Of a DNA stretch of 17,299 nucleotides, positions 6,493-16,634 are shown piece by piece. The stretch's first letter is position 1. Each line of letters begins with the position of its first letter. The stretch is from a virus (Duplodnaviria; Heunggongvirae; Uroviricota; Caudoviricetes), in IMG/VR virus record IMGVR_UViG_2531839532_000008, positions 1 to 17,299 of that record, one strand, 5' to 3'. Made by a program: the position numbers and the translations under genes. The notes under the pieces are model-generated. The model worked only from the letters and a program-made list of their open reading frames with translations, made no database searches and was not told the origin of the DNA.

Positions 6493-7550
6493 GCCGCACC
6501 CTTATCCGTTGATTCTGTGTAACTTAAATCAAAGTTAAGGTGTAGCCTTTCCGGTATTTCGGGATCGTTGTTAACGGCCAGCATGAAACGGCGCTGGATG
6601 GGGGCAATTTCGCTTTTCTTGTAAATGCGTTCAGCCTTTTCAACATCCCCCAGTCCGGCAGTGTTCTGCGGGACAATGCCGGCGAGGCCAGCAGGGAAAC
6701 GGTGCGCGTTCAGAATGTCCTGGGCGCTGATGTTTTTGATGTTGGCAAATTCATCCTTCGCGGAAATATCCCCCATTTCAATGAATTTGATGGCGTCGCC
6801 GTCTCCACCGGGAATGTTTACAAGGATGGTGGAGAAGTTACCGATCCCTTTGCTGTCCCGCAGCTGCTGTTCAATTTCTTCCTCCATTTCGTCCGTCATG
6901 CTGGGATCGCGGGTATAAAGAATACCGCCAGTGTGCGCACCGTTGTGGTAATAGCGGCGTCGGAAAATGACCGCTTCACTGTTAAGTAACGCGGAATGCA
7001 CACCGCCGATGTAGTCCGGCAGTCCGTAGATATGCTGTTGCGGGTCATACATTTTGATGAAGATAATATCTTCTTCTGGCCATACCTGCGGTTCTCCTTC
7101 CTGTAACACCACGTAGTCACCGGGCTTATCCAGGGCGTTATCTCTGACTTTGCGGCGGCGAATATACAGACCGGGCAAGGGTTCAAGTGCGATCACGTCG
7201 CCCCAGCCGTTACGAATTTTGGCAATCGCAATATCCCCAAAGGTTATATAGTCAAACGCTGCCGCTTCCAGCTGATCGTGAATAAGCCCGCCCCCCTGGT
7301 AGTCTGAAACAATCATGTTTTTACGGGCGTGAATGATGCCGCCGTGCTGACCGTTAAGATTAATCAGTTGCGCGAGTGCCAGCCGGTCTATCGGCTGGGT
7401 GAAGTGATCGGCTGCATTGTCGTACCAAATATCACGGTAATCTGTGCCGGTAGTCAGAACCGGTTCAGGTTTGCCGAATGTGATAATGCTCATCTTTTTT
7501 GATTTGTCGCCGCGCTGGTCGCGCTTAACAAAGCGTTTCTTTTTACTCAT
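6489..7550 (-). CDS. Phage portal protein (P2 gpQ-like)
   Basis: 353 aa ORF directly downstream of, and translationally coupled to (ATGA overlap), the terminase ATPase gene. Size and position match P2 Q (about 344 aa). Confidence 0.8.
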   Translation of the reverse strand: MSKKKRFVKRDQRGDKSKKMSIITFGKPEPVLTTGTDYRDIWYDNAADHFTQPIDRLALAQLINLNGQHGGIIHARKNMIVSDYQGGGLIHDQLEAAAFDYITFGDIAIAKIRNGWGDVIALEPLPGLYIRRRKVRDNALDKPGDYVVLQEGEPQVWPEEDIIFIKMYDPQQHIYGLPDYIGGVHSALLNSEAVIFRRRYYHNGAHTGGILYTRDPSMTDEMEEEIEQQLRDSKGIGNFSTILVNIPGGDGDAIKFIEMGDISAKDEFANIKNISAQDILNAHRFPAGLAGIVPQNTAGLGDVEKAERIYKKSEIAPIQRRFMLAVNNDPEIPERLHLNFDLSYTESTDKGAA

Positions 7551-9322
7551 GCTGCCTCTTTCCTTACACCCCAGCGGGATTTAGGTTTGTTTTCATAGTT
7601 AAGGGGTTCGTTATGCAGACCGTGGGTAATTGCCCAGAATGCCTCTGCGTGGCCGGTATCCTGGCTGCGGTCAGCGACAAACGTCATGGCGTTGCCGCTT
7701 TGTGTGGTGGTTCTACGCACAGACATAAAGCTGGCCGCGATCTCTTTCAGGTTTTTATCCCACTCAATACGCTGGCTTTCCACCACGTCCACCGCTTTCA
7801 GTACCAGCTTATTTTTGGTGTTCAGGTCGTAACGAATAGGGACGGCCACGCGCATGGCAAAATGCTGAATGTTGTCAAAAACACCCTGGCCAATGCCGGT
7901 AACGTCCACCCCCAGATAAGTGAAGTTGTATTTTTTGAACAACTGCTCGATCTGTTTTGCCTGGTACCGGAAGTTCATGCCTTTCCAGTAAATCACCTTC
8001 AGAACGCGGAACTTCTCCACGGCGAGCATCGGTGGGGCGATGATGACAAAACAGGACAAATCCCCGCTGCGAGCCGGGTCAAAGCCGCCCCACACTGGCC
8101 TGTCACCGAATGGCCGCGCTGCATCCGGGTTGTGATCCTGCCAGGTGTCGATTTCAACGCCGCAGGCTTCCAGGTCGGAAAAGCTGAAAACGGAATCTTT
8201 GCTGTCAACGAACACGCACATATAGAGCATGTTAAAAGTGGCGTCGTTGTAGCGGTTGCGAAGTTTCTCGATGTTCGCCAGGTTGAAACCGCCTGCAATG
8301 GCATCTTCCATCGTAATGACGTAGCGCCATTGCCCATCCGGGCAGAGTCGTCCCCCGTCACGCATTTCGTTAAAGGAAGGAAACTTAATGGCCGCACGTT
8401 TTTTACTGCCCTGTTTCCACTCATCGCCCGTCCAGAACGGGTACGCCTGGTGCGTTTTTGCCGATGGCGTTGAAAAATAGGGGGTACGCCACTTGTCATG
8501 CGTGGCCATTGCGCTGGCCACTTCGTTAAGTTTTGCAAAGTTTGGCACCCAGAAATATTCGTCACAGTACAGGTGGCCACTGTAGGACTGTGCGGTGTTT
8601 TTGTTGGTGGAGAGAAAACGCAGTTCTGCGCCGTTGCTTAAGCGGATCGGGTTGCCGGTCAGCGTAATACCGAAATACTGCTCTGCAATATTCACGATGT
8701 AAGACCGGAACACTTCAGCCTGAGCCTTTGACGCTGACAGAAAGATTTGCGGATCTCCGGTCATCACCGCGTTTTCAAACGCTTCAAACGCAAAATACCA
8801 GGTCGCACCGATCTGGCGGCTTTTCAGGATGTTCCTGACAAGCTGGCCAATGTTATTGCGCAGGTGTTTCTGATATTCAAAAAGATGTTCCTCAGCCCAT
8901 GCGTCAAAGTCCTCCTGCGTCAGCGAGGTAATATCGTTTTTCTTGTACTTCCGTTTGCTGCGCGGTTCGTCGTCATTGTTGTCCCGCGCAGCTGCTTGCC
9001 CGAAACTCTGACCGCTGGCCATTTTCTCTTTGTGTTTATTACTCTGCGCACGCAGTTTCGTGGCATGAGCAATGAGCATGTCCATTTCTTTCAGGTCGAG
9101 ATCGGTTTTATTATCGCGGCTGGCCAGCAGCTGGTAACGGCGTTCAATTGCTTCCTCTGTGCTTTCAAAACTGAGCAAATCCGCCCAGCTGTATTTCTCC
9201 GCCCAGTAGTAAACGATCCGCGCATTCGGCAGATTTAATTCAGATGCGATTTCCTTTGGCGTATAGCGGCGCAGATAAAGTGCGCGAACAACGCCTTTTA
9301 ATTCTTCAGAGTATTTAGCCAT
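7547..9322 (-). CDS. Terminase large (ATPase) subunit, P2 gpP-like
   Basis: 591 aa ORF (P2 P is about 590 aa), divergent from the scaffold/capsid operon as in P2. The ORFs on the opposite strand inside it are shadow frames. Confidence 0.85.
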   Translation of the reverse strand: MAKYSEELKGVVRALYLRRYTPKEIASELNLPNARIVYYWAEKYSWADLLSFESTEEAIERRYQLLASRDNKTDLDLKEMDMLIAHATKLRAQSNKHKEKMASGQSFGQAAARDNNDDEPRSKRKYKKNDITSLTQEDFDAWAEEHLFEYQKHLRNNIGQLVRNILKSRQIGATWYFAFEAFENAVMTGDPQIFLSASKAQAEVFRSYIVNIAEQYFGITLTGNPIRLSNGAELRFLSTNKNTAQSYSGHLYCDEYFWVPNFAKLNEVASAMATHDKWRTPYFSTPSAKTHQAYPFWTGDEWKQGSKKRAAIKFPSFNEMRDGGRLCPDGQWRYVITMEDAIAGGFNLANIEKLRNRYNDATFNMLYMCVFVDSKDSVFSFSDLEACGVEIDTWQDHNPDAARPFGDRPVWGGFDPARSGDLSCFVIIAPPMLAVEKFRVLKVIYWKGMNFRYQAKQIEQLFKKYNFTYLGVDVTGIGQGVFDNIQHFAMRVAVPIRYDLNTKNKLVLKAVDVVESQRIEWDKNLKEIAASFMSVRRTTTQSGNAMTFVADRSQDTGHAEAFWAITHGLHNEPLNYENKPKSRWGVRKEAA

Positions 9323-9376
9323 GCGGATAATTATGCCGTGGCTGTGATGAAAAAACGGTGGGGTTAATTCGTCTCT

Positions 9377-9401
9377 GTTCGGTAAAGCGTTATAACCGAA
9401 C
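9377..9401. promoter_or_regulatory. Dyad GTTCGGT-N11-ACCGAAC in the divergent P/O intergenic region; candidate late-promoter activator site
   Basis: Perfect 7 bp inverted repeat read in sequence, centred about 95 bp upstream of the scaffold start and about 65 bp upstream of the terminase start. Confidence 0.35.
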
Positions 9402-9484
9402 TGTTCAGAATAAAGCGTAATGCAGCGGCGGTTTTATTTGGCAATAATTGAGTTCGCAGGGTCAGTGAATAAATCAGGGGGGAT

Positions 9485-10285
9485 ATGTCGCATTTAAAAA
9501 CTGACTGGCTGTGTGTTGCCACAGAAGGCGATACGGTTGATGGCAGGGTCATGGAACGGCAATGGATTATTGACATGGGGGAAACCTATGATGTCACCCA
9601 TTACGCCGCACTAATCTGGCCTGAACATGAACGATATGCCGGTAATTTTGGCGAAGTGCTAAAGGCGATGTGGCAGGACGGGGAAGATGGGCTGGCACGA
9701 TTATATGTGAGCCTGTGTCCTAACAAGCGCCTGTTGTATGCCAATGATGAAGGGCAGTTGCTTTATTTCTCTGTTGAGCCAGAACTTAACTGGCGCGGAG
9801 GTGAGCGAACGTATCTGGGCGGACTGGCCGTAACGGACAATCCCGCCAGTGTGGGCACTACACGGTTGCGCTTTAGTCGGCGCAGACTATCAAAACAGGG
9901 ATATTACAGTTGCGTAATTTCCCGTGACGGAAAAATTAAGCAGGAAGAACTGATGAAAAAAACCTGGCACCATTTATTTGGCATTAAGCCAAAGTTTGAA
10001 AGCGAAGGTCAGCAGGATGATACGCAGCAGGGTGATGATAAATTGCAGGCGCTTGCGAATGCTGTTAACGATCTGGAAGCACGAGGGGGGGCAATTGAAA
10101 AACAACTGAGCACGGTTCAGGAAGATGTGGATACTATTGTTGAAGTTGTGGACACGGAAGAGTTTGCGACCATTCGCGATAATGCGAAAGAAATCGTAAC
10201 ACGCTTTAACGATCTGGGTAATAAGAATACCCGCTCACCGGGGCGTAAAATTTCAGAAAAAGCCGGGAAATATAATTTTCTGTAA
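9485..10285 (+). CDS. Capsid scaffolding protein (P2 gpO-like)
   Basis: 266 aa ORF, first gene of the rightward head operon, with an AGGGGGG ribosome-binding site. Acidic, coiled-coil-like C-terminal half. Position and size match P2 O. Confidence 0.78.
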   Translation: MSHLKTDWLCVATEGDTVDGRVMERQWIIDMGETYDVTHYAALIWPEHERYAGNFGEVLKAMWQDGEDGLARLYVSLCPNKRLLYANDEGQLLYFSVEPELNWRGGERTYLGGLAVTDNPASVGTTRLRFSRRRLSKQGYYSCVISRDGKIKQEELMKKTWHHLFGIKPKFESEGQQDDTQQGDDKLQALANAVNDLEARGGAIEKQLSTVQEDVDTIVEVVDTEEFATIRDNAKEIVTRFNDLGNKNTRSPGRKISEKAGKYNFL

Positions 10286-10348
10286 TTCGCTTTAACGCTG
10301 ATTAGCCCAGAATAAATTTTATATATCGCTTAATTGCGAGGGAGTTTT

Positions 10349-11371
10349 ATGCACCTTAATAATCGTGCGCGGGATTTACTGGATAAATATTCGGCGGGGA
10401 TGGCGCAGCATTTTGGCGCACGTGATACCAGTCGTTATTTTTCCCTGAATGACCCGCAGGAAAATGCGCTGCGTCTTGCGTTGCTGGAGTCCGTCGAGTT
10501 CCTGAACATGATCACCTGTCTGGATGTTGACCAACTGAGTGGCCAGGGGATCTCTGTCGGTTCTTCCGTGCTGCATACCGGCCGCAGCGAAAATGGCCGT
10601 TTTATTCGTCGTGTGGGTGTTGACGGTAATGACTATTCGCTGGTTGAGACAGACAGCTGCGCCGCGTTGCGCTGGGATCTGCTTTCGGTCTGGGCAAATG
10701 CGGGTAAGGACGAAAACGAGTTTTTCAACCTTGTCCAGGCATTCACCACGCAGGCTTTTGCACTGGATATGCTGCGTATTGGTTTTAACGGTAAAAGCCG
10801 TGCAAAAACCACTGATCCCGAAGCTAACCCGAACGGCGAAGATGTGAACGTCGGCTGGCATGAGCGAATGAAAACGCTGCTGGGTGGCAATCAGATTATG
10901 ACCGATCCCGTGGTGCTCGATGAGGCCGGGGATTACAAGTCACTGGATGCAATGGCGTCCGATCTGATTAACGCCAAAATCCCGGCGCAGTTCCGCAATG
11001 ACCCGCGTCTGGTTGTCCTGGTCGGTGCCGATCTGGTCGCTGCTGAACAGTACCGACTGTATCAGGCAGCAGACCGTCCGACTGAAAAAATTGCTGCGCA
11101 GATGCTGGGAAGCACCATTGCTGGTCGTCAGGCCATTATCCCGCCGTTTATGCCGGGTAAACGCATGGTGGTTACGCCGCTTTCTAACCTGCACATCTAC
11201 ACCCAGCGCAATACCCGTATGCGTAAGGCGGAGTTTGTTGAAGATCGTAAGCAGTTCGAAAACAAATATCTGCGCAATGAAGGTTACGCGGTGGAAGTGC
11301 CGGAGCTGTATGCGGCCATTGATGAATCTGCTGTGACAATCGGCAAAGTCTCCGAACCGGTGGAGGGCTGA
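10349..11371 (+). CDS. Major capsid protein (P2 gpN family)
   Basis: Motifs GFNGKSRAKTTDPEANPNGEDVNVGW and GDYKSLDAMASD align by eye with conserved blocks of P2 N. Start placed at ATG 10349, which follows a GAGGGAG ribosome-binding site. Confidence 0.85.
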   Translation: MHLNNRARDLLDKYSAGMAQHFGARDTSRYFSLNDPQENALRLALLESVEFLNMITCLDVDQLSGQGISVGSSVLHTGRSENGRFIRRVGVDGNDYSLVETDSCAALRWDLLSVWANAGKDENEFFNLVQAFTTQAFALDMLRIGFNGKSRAKTTDPEANPNGEDVNVGWHERMKTLLGGNQIMTDPVVLDEAGDYKSLDAMASDLINAKIPAQFRNDPRLVVLVGADLVAAEQYRLYQAADRPTEKIAAQMLGSTIAGRQAIIPPFMPGKRMVVTPLSNLHIYTQRNTRMRKAEFVEDRKQFENKYLRNEGYAVEVPELYAAIDESAVTIGKVSEPVEG

Positions 11372-11374
11372 TAA

Positions 11375-11890
11375 ATGGCACTTTCCCCCGCGCAGCGTCA
11401 CAGCCAGCGTATTGCAATGGAACAAAAGCTGAAGCGCAGCCAGGCACTGGAAACCACAGAAAGTATGCATCTGCTGATCAGGGCGCTGGAAAAGGATGTG
11501 GAACACGTTCGAAGTCTGCCTACCATCGCCGATCGCGTCGAATATAAACGCGATGTGCTGTTGCCGCGCTGGGTTCCTACTGTGGAAGGGACTACCACGT
11601 CAGCACCGGCTAATGCCTGGCAAAAATGGAATGGTAAGGCGTGGGTGGATGATGCGGAGGCCATGCGAACTGCATTGGTCAGCGAGGCAGACGCCGAAAA
11701 GAAAAGCCTGCTTAAACAGGCCAATGATGCCATTGCCACATTGCAGGATGCCGTTGATTTAGACATGGCGACCGAAGAAGAAGCACTCCTGCTTATCGCA
11801 TGGAAAAAATACCGCGTTTTACTGAATCGTATTCAACCGGAAGATGCGCCGGAAATTGTGTGGCCGGAGGTGCCTGGAAATGTGGCGTGA
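11375..11890 (+). CDS. Terminase small (endonuclease) subunit, P2 gpM-like
   Basis: N-terminus MALSPAQRHSQRIA parallels the P2 M N-terminus (SPAQRH motif). It immediately follows the capsid gene, as in P2. Confidence 0.75.
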   Translation: MALSPAQRHSQRIAMEQKLKRSQALETTESMHLLIRALEKDVEHVRSLPTIADRVEYKRDVLLPRWVPTVEGTTTSAPANAWQKWNGKAWVDDAEAMRTALVSEADAEKKSLLKQANDAIATLQDAVDLDMATEEEALLLIAWKKYRVLLNRIQPEDAPEIVWPEVPGNVA

Positions 11891-12605
11891 AGCACGTCTG
11901 GCCTTCACGGATTCTGTTGCTGCGCTGAACTGTTCGATCGTCCCTGCGCATCCGTGGATTTATGGGCTGGGACAGCAGACAGCGAACGGGGCATATCTCA
12001 GCCCGGTTAATGCCGTTCGCTATCTTGCTGAACGCCTGGCCGGAACAGGTGGGAATGTGGACGTGGTGATTATGATGGTCACCGGACAGACGCAGGAAAA
12101 CTTTATGGCCAGTCTGAATAACCTGGTCGGGATTTTCCCCGCCCCGGCATTCACACAGGTCAAACGGCTGGCGCAATCCGCCGCAGCGTTGGCTATTGAA
12201 AAGATGCAGATCCCGGCGAAAGCCGCCGCAGCGTTACCTGCGTCCATTCCGCTGTCTGTACCAACCAGCAGGGCAGCTTTATCTGCTGCGGCAATCAGCC
12301 AGGCACAAAAGGCGGCGGGTGCCGGGTTTGATATCGAAGGGCTGAAAAAACAGCTGGGCGAGTTCACGCAGCTGCGTGACCAGCTTATCAGTGATGTGGC
12401 CAGCGGCCTGAATGATTTACAGGGGAAAAGTGCCAGAGCGTGGGTTTTTACTGCCAGCGGAGACACCGGTACCACGTTACTGGAACTGGTGAAGGACATT
12501 CCGCAGCAGTCTGCCGTTTACACCGCAGCCATGATGCTGGTTGGCGATAATCTTGATGGAATAAAGGGAATGATTCATGACTTCGATCCCGACACTGGCG
12601 CTTAA
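11880..12605 (+). CDS. Late-operon hypothetical protein, 241 aa, Ala-rich central region (occupies the position of head completion gene L)
   Basis: Start placed at ATG 11880 with a GGAGGTG ribosome-binding site; it overlaps the upstream stop (ATGTGGCGTGA). No recognisable motif. Confidence 0.55.
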   Translation: MWREARLAFTDSVAALNCSIVPAHPWIYGLGQQTANGAYLSPVNAVRYLAERLAGTGGNVDVVIMMVTGQTQENFMASLNNLVGIFPAPAFTQVKRLAQSAAALAIEKMQIPAKAAAALPASIPLSVPTSRAALSAAAISQAQKAAGAGFDIEGLKKQLGEFTQLRDQLISDVASGLNDLQGKSARAWVFTASGDTGTTLLELVKDIPQQSAVYTAAMMLVGDNLDGIKGMIHDFDPDTGA

Positions 12606-13122
12606 TGGCGAGGCCATCCAGCTGAAAAACATGCGGGTGACTGTTTCACAGCAGTTTCAGGATAAAGATCAGTCCGGCCAGACCAGCGCCACAACAAAAT
12701 CAGAGCAGGGGGCAAAGGGAAAGGAACTGCGGATCAGCGGTGAAATCCCTTTTAAACAGCCTGAAATACTGAAGCGTATTTTTGAGCTGGCCAGTGCTAC
12801 CGATGCCAGTGGTAATCGTCAGAAGTACCGCGTGGCGCATGAAGTTGCCCGTGCTGTTAATTTTCGTGAAGCAACGTTTAGCGGAATGCTGGATGCACCA
12901 CAGCAGGACGGAAAAATGTCCTGGCTGGTGACATTCACACTGGCGGAACATATCAGCGTGCAGGAAAAGCGAGAGGCAAGGGCAACAGGTAAGACGACCG
13001 CAAAAAAACAGACTGCCAGTAGTGCGGGACAGTCCGGTGGTCAGTCTGCCGGAGAAGATGAAGAAAAACTGACGTGGTTTGAACGCAAGGTGCTGAAGCC
13101 CGTCAATGATGCTTTGGGTTAA
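12577..13122 (+). CDS. Late-operon hypothetical protein, 181 aa
   Basis: ORF with an AAGGGA ribosome-binding site; it overlaps the upstream gene by 29 nt. Gly/Ser/Gln-rich acidic C-terminus. Unassigned. Confidence 0.55.
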   Translation: MTSIPTLALNGEAIQLKNMRVTVSQQFQDKDQSGQTSATTKSEQGAKGKELRISGEIPFKQPEILKRIFELASATDASGNRQKYRVAHEVARAVNFREATFSGMLDAPQQDGKMSWLVTFTLAEHISVQEKREARATGKTTAKKQTASSAGQSGGQSAGEDEEKLTWFERKVLKPVNDALG

Positions 13123-14090
13123 TGATGAAACCAGTAAAACGCCTTTACCTTTCAACGGATGAAGTTCACCTGGTGGATGCCAGCCTGGTACTGGAGCTGA
13201 ACAGCTGCGGCCGGGGCTTCATCACCGCAGAGACAACAACCGATTACACCGGAAAACTGGTGCGGCTGGATGTGGGGTATACCGATCTGCTTTTGCGCTG
13301 GTTTACGGGGTATGCGGAGCGATCGCAGCCCGCTGAAAACGGTTTTCAGCGTCTGTTCATTCGTGAACTGGTTGGTGTGTTTGAAAGGATGTGGCCATGT
13401 TCGTTTCAACACCCGACTTTGCGTGAAATTGCGGGCTGGCTGGAAGAAAACAGCGGGATCACGGTCAGTGTGCCTGACACACAGTACAGCGATACCCCCA
13501 TCCCACATTTTACCCATAACGGTACTGGTTATCAGTTGCTGAACAATCTGGGCAGGTCGTTCAGTATCCAGGATTACATCTGGTACCAGTTGCCTGATGG
13601 TTCGCTTTACGTCGGCGGCGCAGAAAAGTCATTGTTTGCCGGTCGTCCCGTAGAAATCCCGTCAGAGTTCAGCCAGGGTGCTGCTGGCGGTAACTCTGTG
13701 ACATTACCAGTGATCCAGACTATGCGGCCAGGGGTGGAGATGAACGGTGAACGCGTGACTAAAGTTCACCTGACTAATGACACGATGGCGATCACATGGA
13801 CGCCGAGAAACCGCGCAACGGGTAAACCTTTGCAGAAAACACCGGCGCAACGGCAGATTGAAAGCCATTACCCGGAACTGGCATCCGGGCTTCATTTGCC
13901 AAAGATGGCCAGAGTCGTGGCGCATTCAGAGCCGGTAAAAAGCGGTAACTTTGCCGATCCCTTCCGGCCACGTTACGCCGTGGACGTGCAGCTGCTTGAC
14001 GCAGACGGAAACCCTATGGTGATGCCTTGCTTCAGGTCGGCGAAATCACCAATCACGCAATTGTCAGTAATAACAATACCGTTCAGATGA
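13122..14090 (+). CDS. Late-operon hypothetical protein, 322 aa; its C-terminus probably derives from read-through across the element junction
   Basis: TAATG overlap with the upstream gene. The last roughly 24-40 codons are antisense to a conserved hexapeptide acetyltransferase segment, so the native C-terminus may have been lost. Confidence 0.5.
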   Translation: MMKPVKRLYLSTDEVHLVDASLVLELNSCGRGFITAETTTDYTGKLVRLDVGYTDLLLRWFTGYAERSQPAENGFQRLFIRELVGVFERMWPCSFQHPTLREIAGWLEENSGITVSVPDTQYSDTPIPHFTHNGTGYQLLNNLGRSFSIQDYIWYQLPDGSLYVGGAEKSLFAGRPVEIPSEFSQGAAGGNSVTLPVIQTMRPGVEMNGERVTKVHLTNDTMAITWTPRNRATGKPLQKTPAQRQIESHYPELASGLHLPKMARVVAHSEPVKSGNFADPFRPRYAVDVQLLDADGNPMVMPCFRSAKSPITQLSVITIPFR

Positions 14091-14356
14091 GCAATGTTTA
14101 AACCCTTGCCAATTTTGCATGACAGAGAAATATCAACGCTGTGCCGGTACTTGAGGCGGTTTTCAATCCTGCGGGCAATGCGCTTTTTGAACTTGCTATT
14201 CTGACCATAGAGCCATGAAGCAATACGCCACCAGAACAGGAAGTGCTTCTTCTGGTTGCGTCGGGTACGAAGTAACGCTTTACGCCATGAAAAGGATTTG
14301 TCATGGCCAATGACTTCAAGGCGGATACATTCTTTAAGTTGGTCGTAGGAAGTCAT
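13973..14356 (-). pseudogene. Truncated hexapeptide-repeat acetyltransferase (WcaB/CysE-like), N-terminal fragment
   Basis: Translation shows left-handed beta-helix hexapeptide repeats (ISLSCKIGKGLNIAHLNGIVITDNCVIGDFADLKQGITIG). Similarity stops abruptly near 14018 and the frame ends in a non-homologous tail, where a full-length enzyme would continue with further repeats. Confidence 0.6.
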
Positions 14357-14679
14357 GATTAGTCATCCTGACAAGAAAAAAAGGGATTTTAAATCAATAC
14401 GATTTTTAGACAATGGTTTTCGTTGTGGGAAGGAGGGACTTTAGTTGTGTCGCCACTTTGTCGCCAAGCATGGGAAATGGTTGGTGTAATCTATTGATTT
14501 CATGGGTTGAAAAATTCAGGCAACAAAAAACCCATCAACCTTGAACCGAAATGGCGGGGGTGATGGGCTCCACAAAATGGGGACATCAAAGAAAAGCAGT
14601 GGCACTAATTAAGACTGATGCCCTGCGGAAAAGTTCTGCGGTTGTGCAAAAAAATTTCATTTTCAGGGCAACTTCAGTT

Positions 14680-16365
14680 TTATCCTAATCCTGGCCATAC
14701 CATGACGATGATTGTCCCTGCCAGCGTCAGCAGGACGTTGGCGATTGCATAGGTGCCCGCATAGCCCAGCGCCGGGATGTTACTGCGAGCTGTATCACTG
14801 ATGATCTCCATTGCCGGCGCGCAGGTACGTGCGCCCATCATTGCGCCGAACAACAGCGCGCGGTTCATTCGCAATACATAAGCACCGAACAAGAAACAGA
14901 TAACCACGGGCACCAGACTGACAATCAATCCGGCAATCAACATCTGACCGCCAATCGCGCCCAGGCCGTTATTAATACCGCTACCGGCGCTCAGACCAAC
15001 CCCTGCCATAAACACCATCAAGCCGAACTCTTTCACCATGCTTAATGCACCCTGCGGAATGTAACCGAAGGTCGGGTGGTTAGCACGCATAAAGCCCAGC
15101 ATAATTCCGGCGAATAACAACCCGGCAGCGTTCCCCATGCCGAAACTGAATGTGCTGAACTGGAAGGTGATCATCCCGATCATCAGCCCAATAACAAAGA
15201 AGGCGCAGAATGCCAGCAGGTCAGTGACCTGGCTGTGAATCGAGATAAAGCCGATGCGATCGGCGATGGTTTTTACGCGGCGGGCATCGCCGCTGACTTG
15301 TAAAACGTCACCTTTGTTAAGCACGACGTTGTCATCTATCGGCATCTCAATCTGGCTACGAATGACGCGGTTAAGGAAGCAACCGTGATCGGTCAACTTC
15401 AGTTGTGCGAGACGTTTACCTACAGCGTTATGGTTTTTAACGACCACTTCTTCAGTGACGATACGCATGTCGAGAAGGTCACGATCGAAAACTTCTTTAC
15501 CGTTACGGAAGCTGGGATCGAGTCGGGCATGGGCGTCGGGATAGCCTACCAACGCTATTTCATCGCCCATTTGTAGCACGGCATCACCGTCTGGATTTGC
15601 CAGAATCCCGTTACGTCGAATACGTTCAATGTAGCAGCCGGTTTGTCGATAAATACCCAGTTCACGCAGATTTTTGCCGTCGGTCCAGGCCACCAGTTCC
15701 GGGCCGACGCGATAGGCACGGATCACCGGTAAATAAACCTTACGGTTGGCATCAGTGTCCAGGCCACGTTCGCGGGCGATTTGCTGGGCGCTGGTCTGTA
15801 AGTCCTGATGCTGCAATTTCGGCAAGTAACGCGCACCAACAATCAAACTCACCAGACCGATTAAATAGGTTAAGGCATACCCGAGGCTCAGATTATCCAG
15901 TGCCAGTGAGAGCTGCCTGCTTTCCATGCCGGAATGACGCAGTGTATCGCCAGCACCGACCAGAACCGGTGTCGACGTCATAGAGCCTGCTAACATACCG
16001 GCCGTCAGGCCAATATCCCAGCCAAACAGCTTACCTAACCCTAAGGCGATCACCAGCGCACTGCCAACCATCACCAGTGCTAACATTAGGTAATTTTTCC
16101 CATCGCGAAAAAAAATGGAAAAAAAGTTCGGTCCGGCTTCGACCCCGACGCAGAAAATAAACAGCATAAAGCCAAGATTAAGCGCATCGGTGTTAATGCT
16201 GAAATGTTGTTGGCCTAATAACAGCGATACGACTAAAACGCCAATGGAATTACCCAGTTGGATCGAACCAAGTCGTAACTTTCCGAGACATAGCCCAAGC
16301 GCGAGGACCACAAATAATAACAGAATGTAATTCCCATTTAACAATTCGGCGACGTTTATATTCAC
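14680..16365 (-). CDS. ybjL: Putative transport protein YbjL (two transporter domains with central TrkA-C-like domains)
   Basis: 561 aa translation matches E. coli YbjL as I recall it ([30 protein letters not shown]...). Its neighbours are ybjM and grxA, as in E. coli K-12. The start appears to be GTG at 16363-16365. Confidence 0.88.
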
Positions 16366-16634
16366 GGAGGCTAACTTCTTGTTTACTAGTAAGCTGTTGA
16401 AAGAAATGGTAATTTACGATAATGTTTTTTACCAGAATTCAGGGCGCAGATTCATTCAGCGCACCTAAACGATAGTAAAGTAACAATATATTTTACTAGT
16501 GTAATCACATTAGGTATCAACGGCTATATGAATTGCGTTGGCCTATATTAGCATGGAATGCGAAGCGGCTTTATCTTACTGAACGCCACACTGGCGAAAA
16601 ATGTGTTCGATAGACGCAGTGTCAGGAGGAACGA

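Noticed and set aside
7613-9238. Long plus-strand ORFs (286 and 163 aa) and a 193 aa minus-strand ORF inside the terminase gene
   Set aside because: They lie entirely within the 591 aa terminase ATPase gene, which has clear homology support. They have no ribosome-binding sites and their composition looks like shadow frames of GC-rich coding DNA.
10376-11506. Minus-strand ORFs of 161, 85, 188 and 87 aa within the capsid and small terminase genes
   Set aside because: They are antisense shadow ORFs inside genes with clear homology support.
12020-12499. 159 aa minus-strand ORF inside the 241 aa late gene
   Set aside because: It is antisense to a translationally coupled operon gene; the Ala/Ser/Cys-rich composition is consistent with a shadow frame.
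15385-16330. Plus-strand ORFs of 63, 128 and 71 aa inside ybjL
   Set aside because: They are nested antisense frames within the full-length transporter gene.
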